A stretch of DNA of 64,000 bases from Azolla caroliniana. Its lineage: Eukaryota > Plantae > Polypodiophyta. Location of the stretch: assembly GCA_043228905.1 (NCBI GenBank), contig JBHGNT010000004.1, positions 3,658,001 to 3,722,000 of the forward strand, in the 5' to 3' direction. Both the position numbers and the translations under genes were made by a program. How positions within the stretch are numbered: position 1 is the stretch's first letter; every line of letters starts with the position of its first letter. The notes beneath the pieces were generated by a model. That model made no database searches. It saw nothing but the letters and a program-made list of their open reading frames with translations, and was not told where the DNA came from. Shown piece by piece: positions 29,549 to 48,599 of the stretch.

Positions 29549-32346
29549 CTAATGAGTGCACACTCCCGGGTGCACTGTGGGAGGGGAGCTTCGAGCGTTG
29601 GGGGCGAGTAGAATTGAGTAGGGGGGTTCGTCGGGGGGTGGGTAGCAGTGGAGATGATGGCGAAGACGGCGGATGTTTAGTGGTGGTAGCCGGATTTCCT
29701 GCAGTTGGTCGGTTGTTGTGAAGAAATCTTTCTTGGGCCCGGTGAGCCAGGTGTAGGTGTTGTGGCTGACGAAGGGAGAAGGGGGGTTTCGACTAAAGCT
29801 TATGTAAGCGGGGAAAAAATGCGTGTCGATCATGGTTTCAAAATCCCGTTTGTAGGTTGCGGGGAGTATGTTGACGTGTGTCCAAAGGCCGACTAGTTGG
29901 CGGCGAGTTGGACCTTTGTTCAAATTGAAGGCGAGGCCCCACACTGGGTGGTTGTGCCGTTGGAAGGGGGGGGCTTCGTACAGGCCAGAGTCAAGGAGAA
30001 TGAGTAGAAGTTGTAGAAAACGAAGGCTGGCTTGAATGTTGGGGTCCGGGACGTCGAGGTATGTACGTAGGAATCGTCGCATGACCCGGATCATGTCGGG
30101 TTCAGTCGGGGATGTGTGCGGGGGTCGGGGGAACAACGACCAATTGAATTGAAGGGTGGGTAGGCAGGCCTGGGCGGCGCGCGAAAATCGGGCCATGGCC
30201 AACGACAAGGAAGGGAGGAAAAAAGGTGGGGCTGGTGCGCAGCTCGGGGGGGTGTGAGGGCGAGCCATTCGCGGAAGGATGTGTGTGCGAACCAAGGGAG
30301 ACGCAATGGGGGTTGGGGTGCCGGGAGGTTCAAGGAGGGGGTCGACGACGGGGTGGTGCCACCCTCGAGTGGGGGTGGGGTTTGTGGCTACCCAGGTAAG
30401 ACATCTTATCGCGGTAAACATGGGGGCAAAGGAAGATGTCGACTTGGGGTTCGGAGGCGACTTTGGGGTAATAGTTGTAGAGGCGGGTGAGGAGTAGGGG
30501 GGGGTCTCACAGATGTCGAACTCCCAGGGAATGGGGGCGGCAGACTGATTGTCAAGACGAGTGTCCCAACTGGTACCCACTTTCGATGCAATCAAGGGCG
30601 GTTTGGAGGCCATGGGTGAGTTGGTAGTGGTCGACCCAAATCAGCGTAGAAGGCCGCAACGTTGAAGCGGGCGCTCGGGGTGTGGAGTAAGGGAGGTGTA
30701 GTGAAGATGGGGGAGGGGTAGTTGTTAGTGGAGCATGAGGTGGGCGAGGGGATGGTTGAAGGGGAGAGCTTTGCGGAGGATGGCCTCCGTGAATGTCCGA
30801 CCGTGGTGGGTGACGACCCGTGTGTGGAGGGGAAAGGGTCGGGTGGTGGGGGGGGGAAGGGGGTGAGCTGAGGGGGGGTGTGCGAAAGGGGTTGTCACCG
30901 AACATGGGATGTGTGTGGTCGGGGATGTGGTGTTCACTGAGGGTGAGGGTGTGGGGGCGAGTGGTGAGGGGGTAAGGGAAGTGGGCTAGTAGGTGGTGGG
31001 GGTGGGGGTGGGGGGGGGGGGGCTTGGAGGCGGGGAGGAGGGAGGGTGAGGGTGATGAGCTGGTTGGTGTTGGGTTCATCAGGTGAGTCGTGGTCACACT
31101 CCAGGTCGATCTTTGGGGGGAGGGGGAGAAGGGGGGTGCGGGGGTAGGAGGGCACGAGCACGAGCCTCATCGAATGTCATGAGTTGATACTCGTGGGAAA
31201 TGTCGAGGTATAGGGCTATTCCGGTTCTAGGCGGTTTTCCAAGCGTGTATTAGCCAGAGGAAACCGAAAGGGGGTACGGAGGTCGTTGTGTTTTCCAACA
31301 GGGTGCGGGTGAGGGTGTCGGCGATGTGGTGTAAGCACACCAGTGTTGCGAAGAGGTGGGCCAGCTGGTCTTCGGTGACCTTGCATTGTGACATCAGAAG
31401 GGTAGGTGAAATAGATCAGGTTAGAGATGTCTAAGTCGGGGGTGAGGGCGGTGTGAAGGTAGGCCATACCTTCGAGGAACAAAATGGGGAGGTGTTGGGG
31501 GAAGAGGTCGCCGGCTGGGGAACAGGTTCTTCGGTGGCTTCCTGGTAGAACATGAAGAGGGCAAGGGTGTGGTTGTCTTCGGGGAGTACTCGGATGAAGG
31601 TCTGCCGGTCTGGGGGTGTGGTGTCGTCAAAGAATACGCAACGTGTGGCGGCTAACAACCGAAGGACGCACATTGCTTGGATGAGGAGGGTGCGTGGTGT
31701 GCGTGGTGGCAGTGAAAAGTTCGGAGAGCAGGGAGGTCGAGGTCACGTACACCGAGAGTGCCTGATCATATTCGGAGAGCCAGTTGGGGGAAGGAGAGGG
31801 GTTTGAACGGTGGAGGGGTCCGTCACGCCAGGGGTGAGGGCGTGTTCAAGGGCGGCTTTGGACGTGCGGAATTGAAGGATGTCCTTTTCGAGGTCGGCGC
31901 ATTGGCGGCAGTGTTTGATGAGGAGACATCGGTTGCGTTCATTGGCGACTTCGACTTGGTGGACCATGGCGTCTCGTTCAGCCTTGAGGGTGGTGATCTC
32001 GCTCGTGAGTTGGTGAGTGGTGGACATGGCGGCAGCCAGGGCCTCGGATCGTTCGGAGAGATCAGCCGTCACAGCTGCGAGGCGGGCCTCGGTCAGTTGG
32101 TGTTGGGTGGTGAGGTGGACGTACTCGGACGAAAGTTCGGCATGTGTTTGCGTTGCGCGTTCCTGGTCGTGGTGCTAGGTTGTCCGAGCTTGTTGGAATT
32201 CGTCAGCGAGTTGTTGGTGTCGGGTTTGCGTTGTCAGGAGTTCTTGCTTGAGGAGGTCATGGGCGGTCGCTTGGCATGCGTTGGTATGGAGGGCGCTCCG
32301 TACCTCGGCGGTCAAGATCTCGTTCCATGTAGAGGTCTCGTGTTGA
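29549..32346 (-). pseudogene. GC-rich, frameshifted ORF region of unknown function abutting the 3' LTR (coiled-coil, Pro-rich linker, 354-aa C-terminal ORF)
   Basis: ORF pieces 32345-32175, 32072-31743 (heptad-like), 31673-31216, 31170-30552 (poly-Pro) and 30613-29549. Sharp GC increase. No RT, RH or INT motifs recognised. Confidence 0.5.
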
Positions 32347-32446
32347 NNNNNNNNNNNNNNNNNNNNNNNNNNNNNNNNNNNNNNNNNNNNNNNNNNNNNN
32401 NNNNNNNNNNNNNNNNNNNNNNNNNNNNNNNNNNNNNNNNNNNNNN
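32347..32446. other. Assembly gap (100 N)
   Basis: Run of N. Confidence 1.
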
Positions 32447-32471
32447 ACGGCTGTTCATTTGAAACAGAGCA

Positions 32472-37482
<5,011 letters not shown>

Positions 37483-38660
37483 GTTTCCCTTATGTAAAAG
37501 CATTATTCTTCACAAATAGATCAAGGGATCTCTCGATCTTGCTCGTAAAGTCTATTTGTCCATGACATGACAACACAACACCTCCATGTTTTTCGTGGGT
37601 GTGTCAAAGAGTGGGTTTCTAGTTATTAAAAAGAGTGGCTATGAATATAGAGAATAGAAGCTTAACCAAGAGCTCTTGTGCACAAAACTGGCACCAAAAT
37701 TCATCCATTGATGGTAGAAGATCCTTCCATGTATTTTAGTATTCCTTACTATAAGAGATAAATCAACATGTCTATAAGATAATTTCAACAAGGTTGTGTA
37801 ACATGTGTACATTTAAATCATAATTTATTTTTTCTTAGCTAGTCATAACACATTTTTTACGAGCCTTGGATTAGCTGCTTCTGCATTCTTTATGGTGGAT
37901 TTTATGCTCTGTTTGGTTTCATAGCTGTGAAACATTGTTGATGTATTTGAACAATTTGGAAAACTGAATTTTCCTTGAGACCATTTTCATCCATGTTGGA
38001 TGATGCAAAAGTTGACAGTACAAATTCATCAAGCATCATATCTTAGGGACCAATTCGATTTTATGCAAGATCAACATGACTTCTTGGGTTCGCAGCTCTG
38101 GTACTGAACTTAGATTTCAGCTTGGTTGTTTACCATAAATTTGGCTTTTTGGGTGATTACATTTCCCTCAGAATTTTCCCTAATAAGTCAAAGTTTGTTT
38201 TAGAGGGAGATTGCAACCATTGCAATTCTCTTGTTGCTTTCATCAAATAAATATCTCCATGTGCATTTTATATAAACTACAGTGTCTCCTTTGCATATTT
38301 CAATGTGATGCCATGAAATTGTTGTTTCTAAATAAATAGCTACTCCTCTCAATGTGTACATGAACTCATAAATTGAAGGTTATGAGTTGGTGACTTAACA
38401 TTTGAAAGAGGAAGAAACTACCTTTCTACTCGTGGCAACTTGTAAGTGCAAAATTCCAAAAGAGGAAGGGATCAGCTTTGGAGTCTATGCATTGCATTGT
38501 TGGTAGGTTATGAGTTTACAAATGATTAGGTCCTAGATTCAGCATTCCTTGAAGCAAATGTGCTAGGATGTGATACAATATGCAAAAATAGATTTGTATA
38601 AGGTAGCCATTTTGACAAAAGATTCTGAATTATAACTTTACCAACGGTCATGTAACAAGG

Positions 38661-38912
38661 TTCTAATGATCATGATAGTGTCTTAACCACCACATGATGA
38701 TGATGATGAACTAAGACGGAAGTTAACTTCATGGATGAGATGATGATTGGGGGTTAAGAGATGCTAGGTTTTGTAGTACCAAGATATTCTAACGATCATG
38801 GTAGGCTCTTAACCATCATATGACAAATGATCATGACACTAAGATAAGGTAAGTTCATGGATGAGATGATGATTGGGGACTATGAGATACTAGGTTTGAT
38901 GGTACTAAGATC
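38661..38912. repeat. Degenerate tandem duplication of about 127 bp
   Basis: 'ttctaa(t/c)gatcatg...ttcatggatgagatgatgattgggg...gagat(g/a)ctaggttt' occurs twice (38661 and 38788). Confidence 0.75.
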
Positions 38913-41541
38913 TTGTCCCTAATGAACATTTATACTATGTACCTATTACTAGTAATTTTTTATATTGTTGTGCTATAGATGGGCTTTCCATTAGTAGTTT
39001 GTAAATTTCAATATCCAATTTACCATTGCTTAGTAATAAATTATTCCTTATGATAAAACAAGTTATTGGAGGAATTTCCTCATTTTGAGGATATATAACA
39101 CATGATTCAAGATTCGCCATAGTTTCCAAAATGTTTTAAGGTTGTGATAATATGAGCTATAGACTAATGTCAACTATAATGTGGACATTTGCAAATTATC
39201 TTAGTCTTCATTGTATTGCTCTACATTAGAGACATGCTCATACAGAAGCAACCTATATTTTTCTTGGAAAATGATTGGTTATTAGCAATCAATCTTTGCG
39301 TATCTTGTGAAACAAGAACAATGGTCTAGGTATACCAAAATTTCTAGACTCTAGCAATTAATATCAATAGTTTTTTGTATATCTAATTTATTATTTCTTA
39401 ACCTTTCTCAATTTCGGATAAGTCTCATGGCTAATGGTTATATTTCACCTCACTAAATTCCATAAATTATTGTCTTTAAACACACACTTAAAGAAATGAT
39501 ATAACATCTTAATAAGATAACATTACTCATAAAAACCTAATTATCGCATTCAATTTAGAGCAAGGATTTAGCTAGGTAAAACTTCTATACTAGTAATTAT
39601 TTGAGAATTACCTGATTTCTTTACATATAAAGATAGCATTTGAAATGTTCCTCCATAAAACCAACTTGTCCATTGGTTACATGCAATTCTATTTTTGGTG
39701 AAGATTAGGACAATTACTATTCACAAGTGACAAAATGAGACTCCTAGATATTGAGGTATGCTTGGATAATTGTACAAGTTGGCACATGTGCTTGGATAAT
39801 TGCATACTTTGGCACATGTAGAGAATAATGGTATGAATTACATGGATACTCATAAGACTAGCTAGACATGGATACTAGTAAAGTGAACTTCATATTAAAC
39901 TTTTAAGAGTAGATCGTGCAGATATTGCTAGTAATATGATCATTCATGTCACATGATGAGCAAAACAAACTACCAATAAACCAAACAATGGGGTCTATGA
40001 TTACTTTGGGCACTTGCAAGTGGATGTTATTAATGCCATAACGTAGTGTGATGGAAAAAGGATGTGTATGGGGAAACTAGGGCCCACATATTAATGGAGA
40101 AACAGAAACAATTCTATAGCCTTAAGAATACATACATTAAACTCCATTCAAATATAGTCATGATTGATCTCCTAGTTTATTTTTGAATGCTTGATCCACA
40201 AAGTTTTGTTTCTCTAGTATTAGCCCTAGAAATCACAAGCACATATTTACATAGTTGGAAATCCTCACACACACATGCAAGTACATTTAAATATTACTCT
40301 CTTATTACAAAGGTTGTTATCCGACTACTCAAAGTCTTGGTGGCCCTTGGTACAAATTTATAGATAATTTATATTAGGTTTAAAGTTGTAAGGGTATTCA
40401 AAATGACAAGTGTATGTCATCTAAAGATTTTTTCCATCTTCATTGATCTATGTGGAATGAAAAGATTGAGCAATTTCGAGAACTATTCATTTTGGAATAT
40501 TTAGAGTGCTTGATGTTTAACTTCACGAAGAATCATAACCATTTGTTATACACAGAGTGAGTAAATGAATTACTTTGTACTAGATGAAGGTATGGTTGTT
40601 GGTTTGCCGCAAAGATGGGATGGTTCATGCATGATAACATATTGTGAGTGTATATGAAACCTTTAAAATATGTAACATTGTGGATATAATAGAACTCATA
40701 TCACATGCCATATCCGTATGTGATAGCCAATTGTTCTGGTGTTAGGTCTTGGAAGAGCTATTACATAAACGTTCTCACTCGTGAATAATATGAGAAATTG
40801 TTAAAAAATGTCTACACGGTGTGAAATCATAAACCATCTAATGGTTTATCCCTTATCAATGATTGCAAGATCTATGAATTACAACATGGAGCAATCTTAC
40901 AGAATAAGAAAATTAAATCACTTGTTATAATCGTAGTAGGGGGACTATCAAGTCAAGTGTATGTGATTAGCCCATTAAAGTTTCAAGTGCAAACTTTAAG
41001 GGCATACGAAATTTGAAAAGGTCAAATTCCAAACCGTCTTGACAAGAGTGTATTAAAGCTTGACTAGGGCTCATACGAAGAGTGATGGAAAAACGAGGCA
41101 TCGAAAGCCATAATGATACATTTGAGTACATGTGACAACTGGATTCAAGGTCAAGTCACACACTGTAATGCTGGAGGCCATGTCGTTACATTGCGAAAAA
41201 GGCGGATTGAAACAAGTGGCCGCAAACGACATATCCATCTACCAACCATATTCGATTCACATCTGCCACATAGTCGCAACGCATACTAAATAAGCAAGAG
41301 TGACAAAGTGACGAGTGATTGAGAGAGAGAGAGAAAGGTGGGGGAACACGAACTATTGTCTAGACCGGAATGAGTGTGAACACATATGGTCGGACATAGG
41401 CGAGAGAGAAGTGGTGAAAACGGCACATGAGCGAAAAAGAAAGGGAGGGCGAGTTTCCTTTATTCCTTTATTTGTTGTTTTTTTGTGTGACAACTCACAA
41501 ATGAGTATATAGCATGAGTGTGTGTGTTGGATCAAGGCACT

Positions 41542-41547
<6 letters not shown>

Positions 41548-41606
<59 letters not shown>
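41548..41606. repeat. (AG)n microsatellite
   Basis: Visible run. Confidence 0.95.
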
Positions 41607-41608
<2 letters not shown>

Positions 41609-42021
41609 ATCAATGGAGTATATCTAACATATGGTTGTTGTTATAGTTATGGATGTTTCAATAGATTGGGTGGTGGATCAAGGCAGGCATTATGCTTTAA
41701 AAACCATGAAAGAAAAGGTATCCAAAAAGACCACACACTGCTACTACTAAATTCTAATGTATTCATATATGTATTACACACAACCCCAACCATACCATAT
41801 GTATATGTACATACATACATATACACAATCACAACTATTAGTAGAGGAAATATTTAGTGATTTTAAATGATTTATGGGGAGAGAGAACAAGCTACACAAA
41901 CCCCACATAAAACACATTATACACATATACACACTACATATATGTAGATACATAGCTAGGCATTCATTCAATACCCACTAGAAGTTGCTTGGGAGGAGCC
42001 CCCAAATTACTATTAAGTTTT

Positions 42022-42023
<2 letters not shown>

Positions 42024-42110
<87 letters not shown>
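42024..42110. repeat. Compound (AC)n(CT)n microsatellite upstream of the MYB gene
   Basis: Visible runs. Confidence 0.95.
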
Positions 42111-42113
<3 letters not shown>

Positions 42114-42534
42114 TATGTATTTATGGTTATGGAGCTATTTAACTAGACCTTCTCTTTCTGTCTCTCTCTCTGTTCTTCTGTTTCTATTGATTGATTGATT
42201 GATGATGGAAGAAATTTGATGATCCTCTCCAACCCCCCCCCCCAACACAACACAAACACAACACAAAATAAAAAGAGAGAAAAGAAAGAGAGAGAGAGAG
42301 AGAGAGAAAGTGGAGGAAAGGAGAGAAAACATTCTTCACTAAAACTCCTCATGAACGTGTGTGTGCAGTGCAGAAACAGAGCAAATACAGGGGACAGAAA
42401 AACAGAGCATCCTGTAAGTCGATCCAAAACTCATTAAAAAAGAGACACTTAAGGGTTAGGGGACATTTGGTCTAGCTCTGACACATATCAGAAGAATTAT
42501 TCCATCGAATCCTTCTTCTTCCTTCACCACTCAT

Positions 42535-45353
42535 ATGGGTCGCTCACCAAATGGTTCAAAAGAGGGTGCCATGTCCATGTTGAAGAAAGGTGCATGGACT
42601 CCTGAAGAGGATGAAAAGCTCATAAACCACATCAATCAGCATGGCTATGGAAACTGGCGAGCTTTACCGAAGAAATGCGGTAATTCATCATATTATATAT
42701 TATGTATATGTGCATACCACTCCCCCTAACAATTTATATCCACTATATCGATGATAACTTTTGCATCATGTATTTATCGATGATCTAATCAAATTGTATC
42801 GATAAATTTTGTATCATGTATTTATCGATCTAATCGAATTTACTATGAAGTACAGATTATTATGTTGATCATGATCCTTTCATAATTATCTAGATACAAT
42901 ACTACATGCAGTTGCTAATTTCCGAGGACCCGTGCGGTTACAGATACATACATAATAATACAGAATATGTTTGCAATAGCTTGGATATAGTGTATTTTGA
43001 TCATATTATATGTACATAGGCTCATCATCATCTTTCAGTCTTGGTTTTTAATTTGCTTGATCCTGTACTTACTACTGGAACATGGTTACATCAATAAACA
43101 GTTTTGTTAATGTGGGAAATATATTCAAAATCAGGTCTTCAGAGGTGTGGCAAGAGTTGCCGGCTGCGCTGGACGAACTACCTACGTCCCGACATCAAGA
43201 GAGGAGCTTTCACTGAGATCGAGGAGCAGAAGATCATCCAATTGCATGCTCTTGTTGGGAACAAGTATGTGTTGATTCTCTCATATTGAACAGATATAGC
43301 CATATTATGATAACCTACTAGTATGATTAGGGGTTTCTTGAATGCAGTGTAATGGGGATAATATTCCCACAATTGATTGAATCATTAAACCTAGTCATTT
43401 TGGAGATATCTTAGAACCTAGTATGGGAACAAGCTAGATGTTAGTCATTTTATGATCTCTTATAACCTAGTATGATTAGGGTTCCTTTTTATATATATAT
43501 CTCATTCCAGGTGGGCATTCATAGCCTCCCAATTGCCGAAGCGGACGGATAATGAGATCAAGAACTATTGGAACACGGTTCTAAAGAAGAGATTCTCGCA
43601 AAAGATGTGGTGGTCTCCGTCGGCCTCGGGCTCGGGCTCGGCGTCATCCCCGACAGCGACATGTGCCGTGATACCCGAGAGCGTGTCCATGCTGAACCAG
43701 CTCATAGGTGGGAACAATGGGATAAAGCCCTACAATTCACAAGCTAGCAATACAGTCATGGTGAATGATCAAAGCTCCTTGGAGACCCTCAACATGTGGA
43801 TGAATAACATGCAAGATAGTACATTAACCAGTAGCACTAACTCTATTGATAAGGTTAAGGCTAGCTATAGCACTAGCAATATAGAACATAATAAGAAGAA
43901 TAGCAGTACTACTAATACTACTACTACTACCACTACTACTTTAAGTAATAGTAGTAGTAGTAGTAGTAATAGTAGCACAAGTCACCTTGCTCAATGGGAG
44001 ACTGCAAGGCTTGAGGCAGAGACAAGGCTTGCCCAACAATCCAATAGCATAGCTAAACCTAAACCATCTAACCCTAACTATATTAACATCAATTCGGCAC
44101 TTTCGGCATGTGGGGCCGCGGGCAGCAGCATGCCATTCAATTCCAAGTTTCGCGCTTTCAGCAGTTTGAACATGATAAATACCACTACTAGTCCAGGAGT
44201 GTCTGCACCACCACCAACACTTCCTAGTTACCTGGACACATGCAATATAATTGATCAGCTCACAAGCCCTAAGTATATGAATATAAACATGGCAAGGAAA
44301 CTAAACCCTAATATAATGAGCAGTACAGGTAGTAGTAACATTCAACATAGCACTGCCAACATTTTGACAAGCAACAATCTCTCTGGTGATACAATCTTGT
44401 CTACTAGCCCCAATTGTATCAACACCACCAACAACAACAACATATATAACACTAATGCCATGCAGATCAACACTATTATTTCACCTGTTAGTTATACTGA
44501 TACCACAGCTACTACTAGCTACTCTAGCAGCCATCATGATGAATGCATTGAATTCTTCCATCCATCCAGTACACAGCTAGCTAGTGCTAAATTGAATACT
44601 ACTACTACTACTTCTACTACTTCTACTAGGCCAACTTGTACTACTACTAGTACCATATCATTAACTGCTCATGATGATCAACAGAACCCTAACAAGCCTA
44701 CTCATTCAGCTGCTGTTAAGCTCATAAACCCTAGTGGTAGACTCTCTTGGAGCAAGCATGAATTGTCCCTCCCTAACCTTGTCCTCACAAGCCCCACCTC
44801 CTGTGAAGCTTCGCAGCCGATTCGACCCACCGGCTCATCCCCATGTCTCCATCGATCTTCTAGCTGTACCAACAACAATACCTCAGACACATATAATAAT
44901 GATTTTGACATTGTTTCGACACCTAGGTCTAGTGGCCGCGCCCGACTTAAGCTCGACAACATCATTCGATCCGCAGACTCCTCCAACCATATGAATGCTA
45001 GCATTAATGGCACATCCGTGAATCATTACAACTCTATCCTCATGATGATGAGCCCCGCTAGTTGCGATGATCCAATAGTATCTTCGAATGCGATTAACAC
45101 CACCAATGATACTACTGGCAGTAATGATCAGCTAGATGATATCTGCAATTTGTTGACATTGCCATCTCCGAAGAACATGATGCCGGGCATAAGCACATCT
45201 TCGTCGGGTTTGGATAACATCAATGCCGCCACGAGCATGATGCTACAGGGTCTAAACTTCCAACAGATCGAGACGCTAATGCTCGGCGGCGCGGATCAAC
45301 CGAATCATGACACCCAATTCAGCAATTTGCTAATGGATCTCAACTTGTGTTAA
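42535..45353 (+). CDS. R2R3-MYB transcription factor, subgroup 9 (MIXTA/MYB16/17/106-like). Exons 42535-42679, 43135-43264, 43511-45353
   Basis: [15 protein letters not shown]...[60 protein letters not shown]. Canonical two-intron layout. Subgroup-9 motif [21 protein letters not shown]. Confidence 0.94.
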
Positions 45354-48300
45354 AGATCAAAATCCATCATTGCACACAAGTCTATTATATACACCCCCCC
45401 CAAAAAAAAATCATGATACGATGGAAAATTTATATGATGTGTACTGTACATGGATTCATGAATGTTGTACTTTTAGGGTACCTTAGAATAATGTAATTAA
45501 CAAATAACCAATTCAAGTGATGTCCAATTAGTTGCTCTTAATGAATTAAAATTATGATATTGTATTATTATAAGTTGGTTCCCATGACATCCTGAAAAGT
45601 AATTGGCACAATTGATCCTAACATGTTTGCATGCGTGTGGACATATGTACTAGAATATTCCTGACAATGTGCACAATGCTCTATCATTGATAGCTACATT
45701 TCTCGTCTTTGACGCCAATTATCCAACACACTTACTAGACGGTAATTTCAATGAGGTCCGAGAACTTATCAACAATATTACACTACATCGGTAATCAGCA
45801 TGGAAATGATGAGGGTCATGTCGATGATCAGGGTGATTGGTATATTCACGTGCGTGTTAATTATATTGTACTCTAGATGGAGACTTTCATGAGATGTCGA
45901 TGGCATTGTGACAAGTTATACAAATACCATGTTGGTTGTCTTGACATTGTGGCATGTGGTAAAAATAAGAGGGTTTCTGTCGGGTGTTCCTACCATTGTG
46001 GCCACTTATTTGTGTACTCAGATATTGTTCTAGATGTGTCTCATGAGTCATAGGTTTGTCTACCCTAGGAGTAGGCAAACAGATGGAATAGAGGTCATGC
46101 TCATATTGTCTCTAACTATAATGGTTGATGGAGTAAATGCTACAAGCTAGAGTGGTATTCTCGTGTGTGACTAGGGTAGAATGCACACGTGTGATACATA
46201 TAGATAATAGAATAGGCGAGGAGGTACTTCCCCCTTTCGATTAGTCTGAAGTGTGTATGTATTAAATGTTTAAAAGAGTGCTTTGAGTTGCCACTACCGC
46301 AAATGTCCTAAGTATGTTCGACAAGAAAAAAGAGATTATGATAGAGTAAGGAGGGACGACGTGACAACATAATGAATGGGCTTATCTATCTCGGATACAG
46401 ATCCAAAGGAGTTTGAGTAAGGGTTGGATTTGAACAAGTACTAGATTGTAGGAAGAGCTTAATATGGTAATTTATTACCAAATTAAATGTAACTTAGTAA
46501 TGCTAGATGAAGGTCTAACAAAGATATTATTAGGCGCAAATCTCACAATAAATTATGTTACATGCACAACCATAATTGATCATAAGATAAGTTTCTAGTA
46601 TACGTCCCTCAATTTATGATGAGTACGTGTGGTTTAATTATAAAATGAATAAGGGTATGAATTGAATTATAATTCTATGGTGTGAGATAAATGATTAAGT
46701 GTCTCATTACTTGACCACTTCATGTGGAGTAGTTAAGTGTGTGAATACCTCAGGAACTTGGGGTTTTGCCTATATTAGAAGGTCAACCTTACTTCTTATC
46801 TAATGTCGAGACTATGCCACTGTGGCTATAGCTCTTGTTCGGTATGCACGTGCGATCCTTACAGAATCTAAGGTACGACCTATATCAACACCAATGGTAT
46901 GGGGCATCGAGGAGATTCAAATCGGTCTCATGCTATCACCAGGGGGTGGTTTGGGACCTTGGCTTCCTTTTTTTAGTTTTTCTTTCCTTTATCTTTTGCT
47001 TACTAATTAGCTAACCTCTAATTGGTTTTGTATAAATAGTGCACAGATAAAATACAATTTCTAACAGAAGATAGTATTCTATTAAAAAAACCCTTACATT
47101 CGATTCATACATTGCTGAATTCCCAAAACATTGATGAAGCAACTATTCATCATGATAAGGTTGATTGTTTCAAATTGAGAGAACTCTCCTCGAGAGAGGG
47201 AGAACACATTTATGCAACAAACGTATTATAGTTGTGGTGGTGGGCAAGGGGGGGAGACACATTATATGTATGTCATAAAATCAAAAGTTGCATTAAATGC
47301 ATTTGAGTAGCGAAAACAGGTATATTAGAAATAACATTTAATGCATGTGAACTATAAAAGGTGAAACCTTATGAAAGGAAATTATACACATTTACTCCAC
47401 CAATACCAAAAGCAAAAACTATCAATAAACTTATAACCATCTCAAGAACTTGGTTGTAATTTTTCAAGTGTCTTGCAAGGTTTCAAAATTTAAATCCAAA
47501 CTGTTGCGATCGCAGAACTCATGGCAAAATTCACATTTTCCTCGAACATTGTTCTCTCTATGTAGACTTCTAGGAAAAAGCTAACTATGATGATGTTATA
47601 ACTACATCCTTAGTACTGGTCACCAATTGCAATATTCAATTTCAAATAATTTTTACTAACACGTGTATTTCATAAACAATCATCTATTTTCCATTACCCT
47701 ACATATGTATGTAAGTGAATATTTAAGGCTTTTATATCGAAACATTTCTAGGTGTAGAGCTTTAGTTTTACAATATACTTATTGATTGTGTCATAACGTT
47801 TTATAGATACATCAATCTCAATTTTCATGTTTTGCGTTCATGCATGTTGAATTTCCTTCCTATGCTTAAAATAATTGGAAAGTGCCACAATATTACGAGC
47901 ATTTAGAAGAAAACATATTTGCCCACAATAAATTTAGGCTCACTTTTCATGAACAAGGATGTGAAATTTTGATTTGACTTCATATAATTTCGTAAAGGGT
48001 TAAATATTTAACATTTGTAGAAAGCATTCTATCCCACAACATTTTCATGTACATATTGTTTCACACTCTCTTATTGTGCACAATACATGATATACATTAT
48101 GCGCTACAAGCTCTCAAAGAATTCTTTAAGCTCACTTCAGTTAGTATTTCCACAAAATTTTCCATAAGTGAATAAATCATGGATGTATTACTCATACAGT
48201 CTGTACTCTCTAATTACGCGTTCCTTTGATTGGTGCTTAAGCTATGGTGGCTTTGATGCATAGACACAAATTTCTTGGCAACTTGTCTATAAGAGTGAGA

Positions 48301-48599
48301 TAAATGTGTATATTCTTGAACATAACGATACATTTTTTTCTAGATTATATATTTCAAAAGAATATGATTCATCACATTGAATGATTTGAATAGAGTTATG
48401 GCTTAGAGAACAAAATGCGTAAGTACAAATTTGGTAACAACTTTCACAAAATCCAAAACATTTTTAGGGTTAGACTTGAGTTATAAATTTAGGTTTTTCA
48501 TTCTTATCATTCAAACAAATCATTTGTTTGAGTGTGCACTATATAATAGGTAAAAATTCAAATATAAATAAACACTTCGAAAAGGAAAAAAATTAGGTT

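Noticed and set aside
31758-32462. 234-aa plus-strand ORF
   Set aside because: Antisense shadow of GC-rich minus-strand coding-like sequence, and it spans the N gap.
42745-42842. Small ~50-bp duplication in MYB intron 1 (similar ones at 19120-19220 and 39758-39820)
   Set aside because: Real but ordinary slippage duplications with no sign of function.
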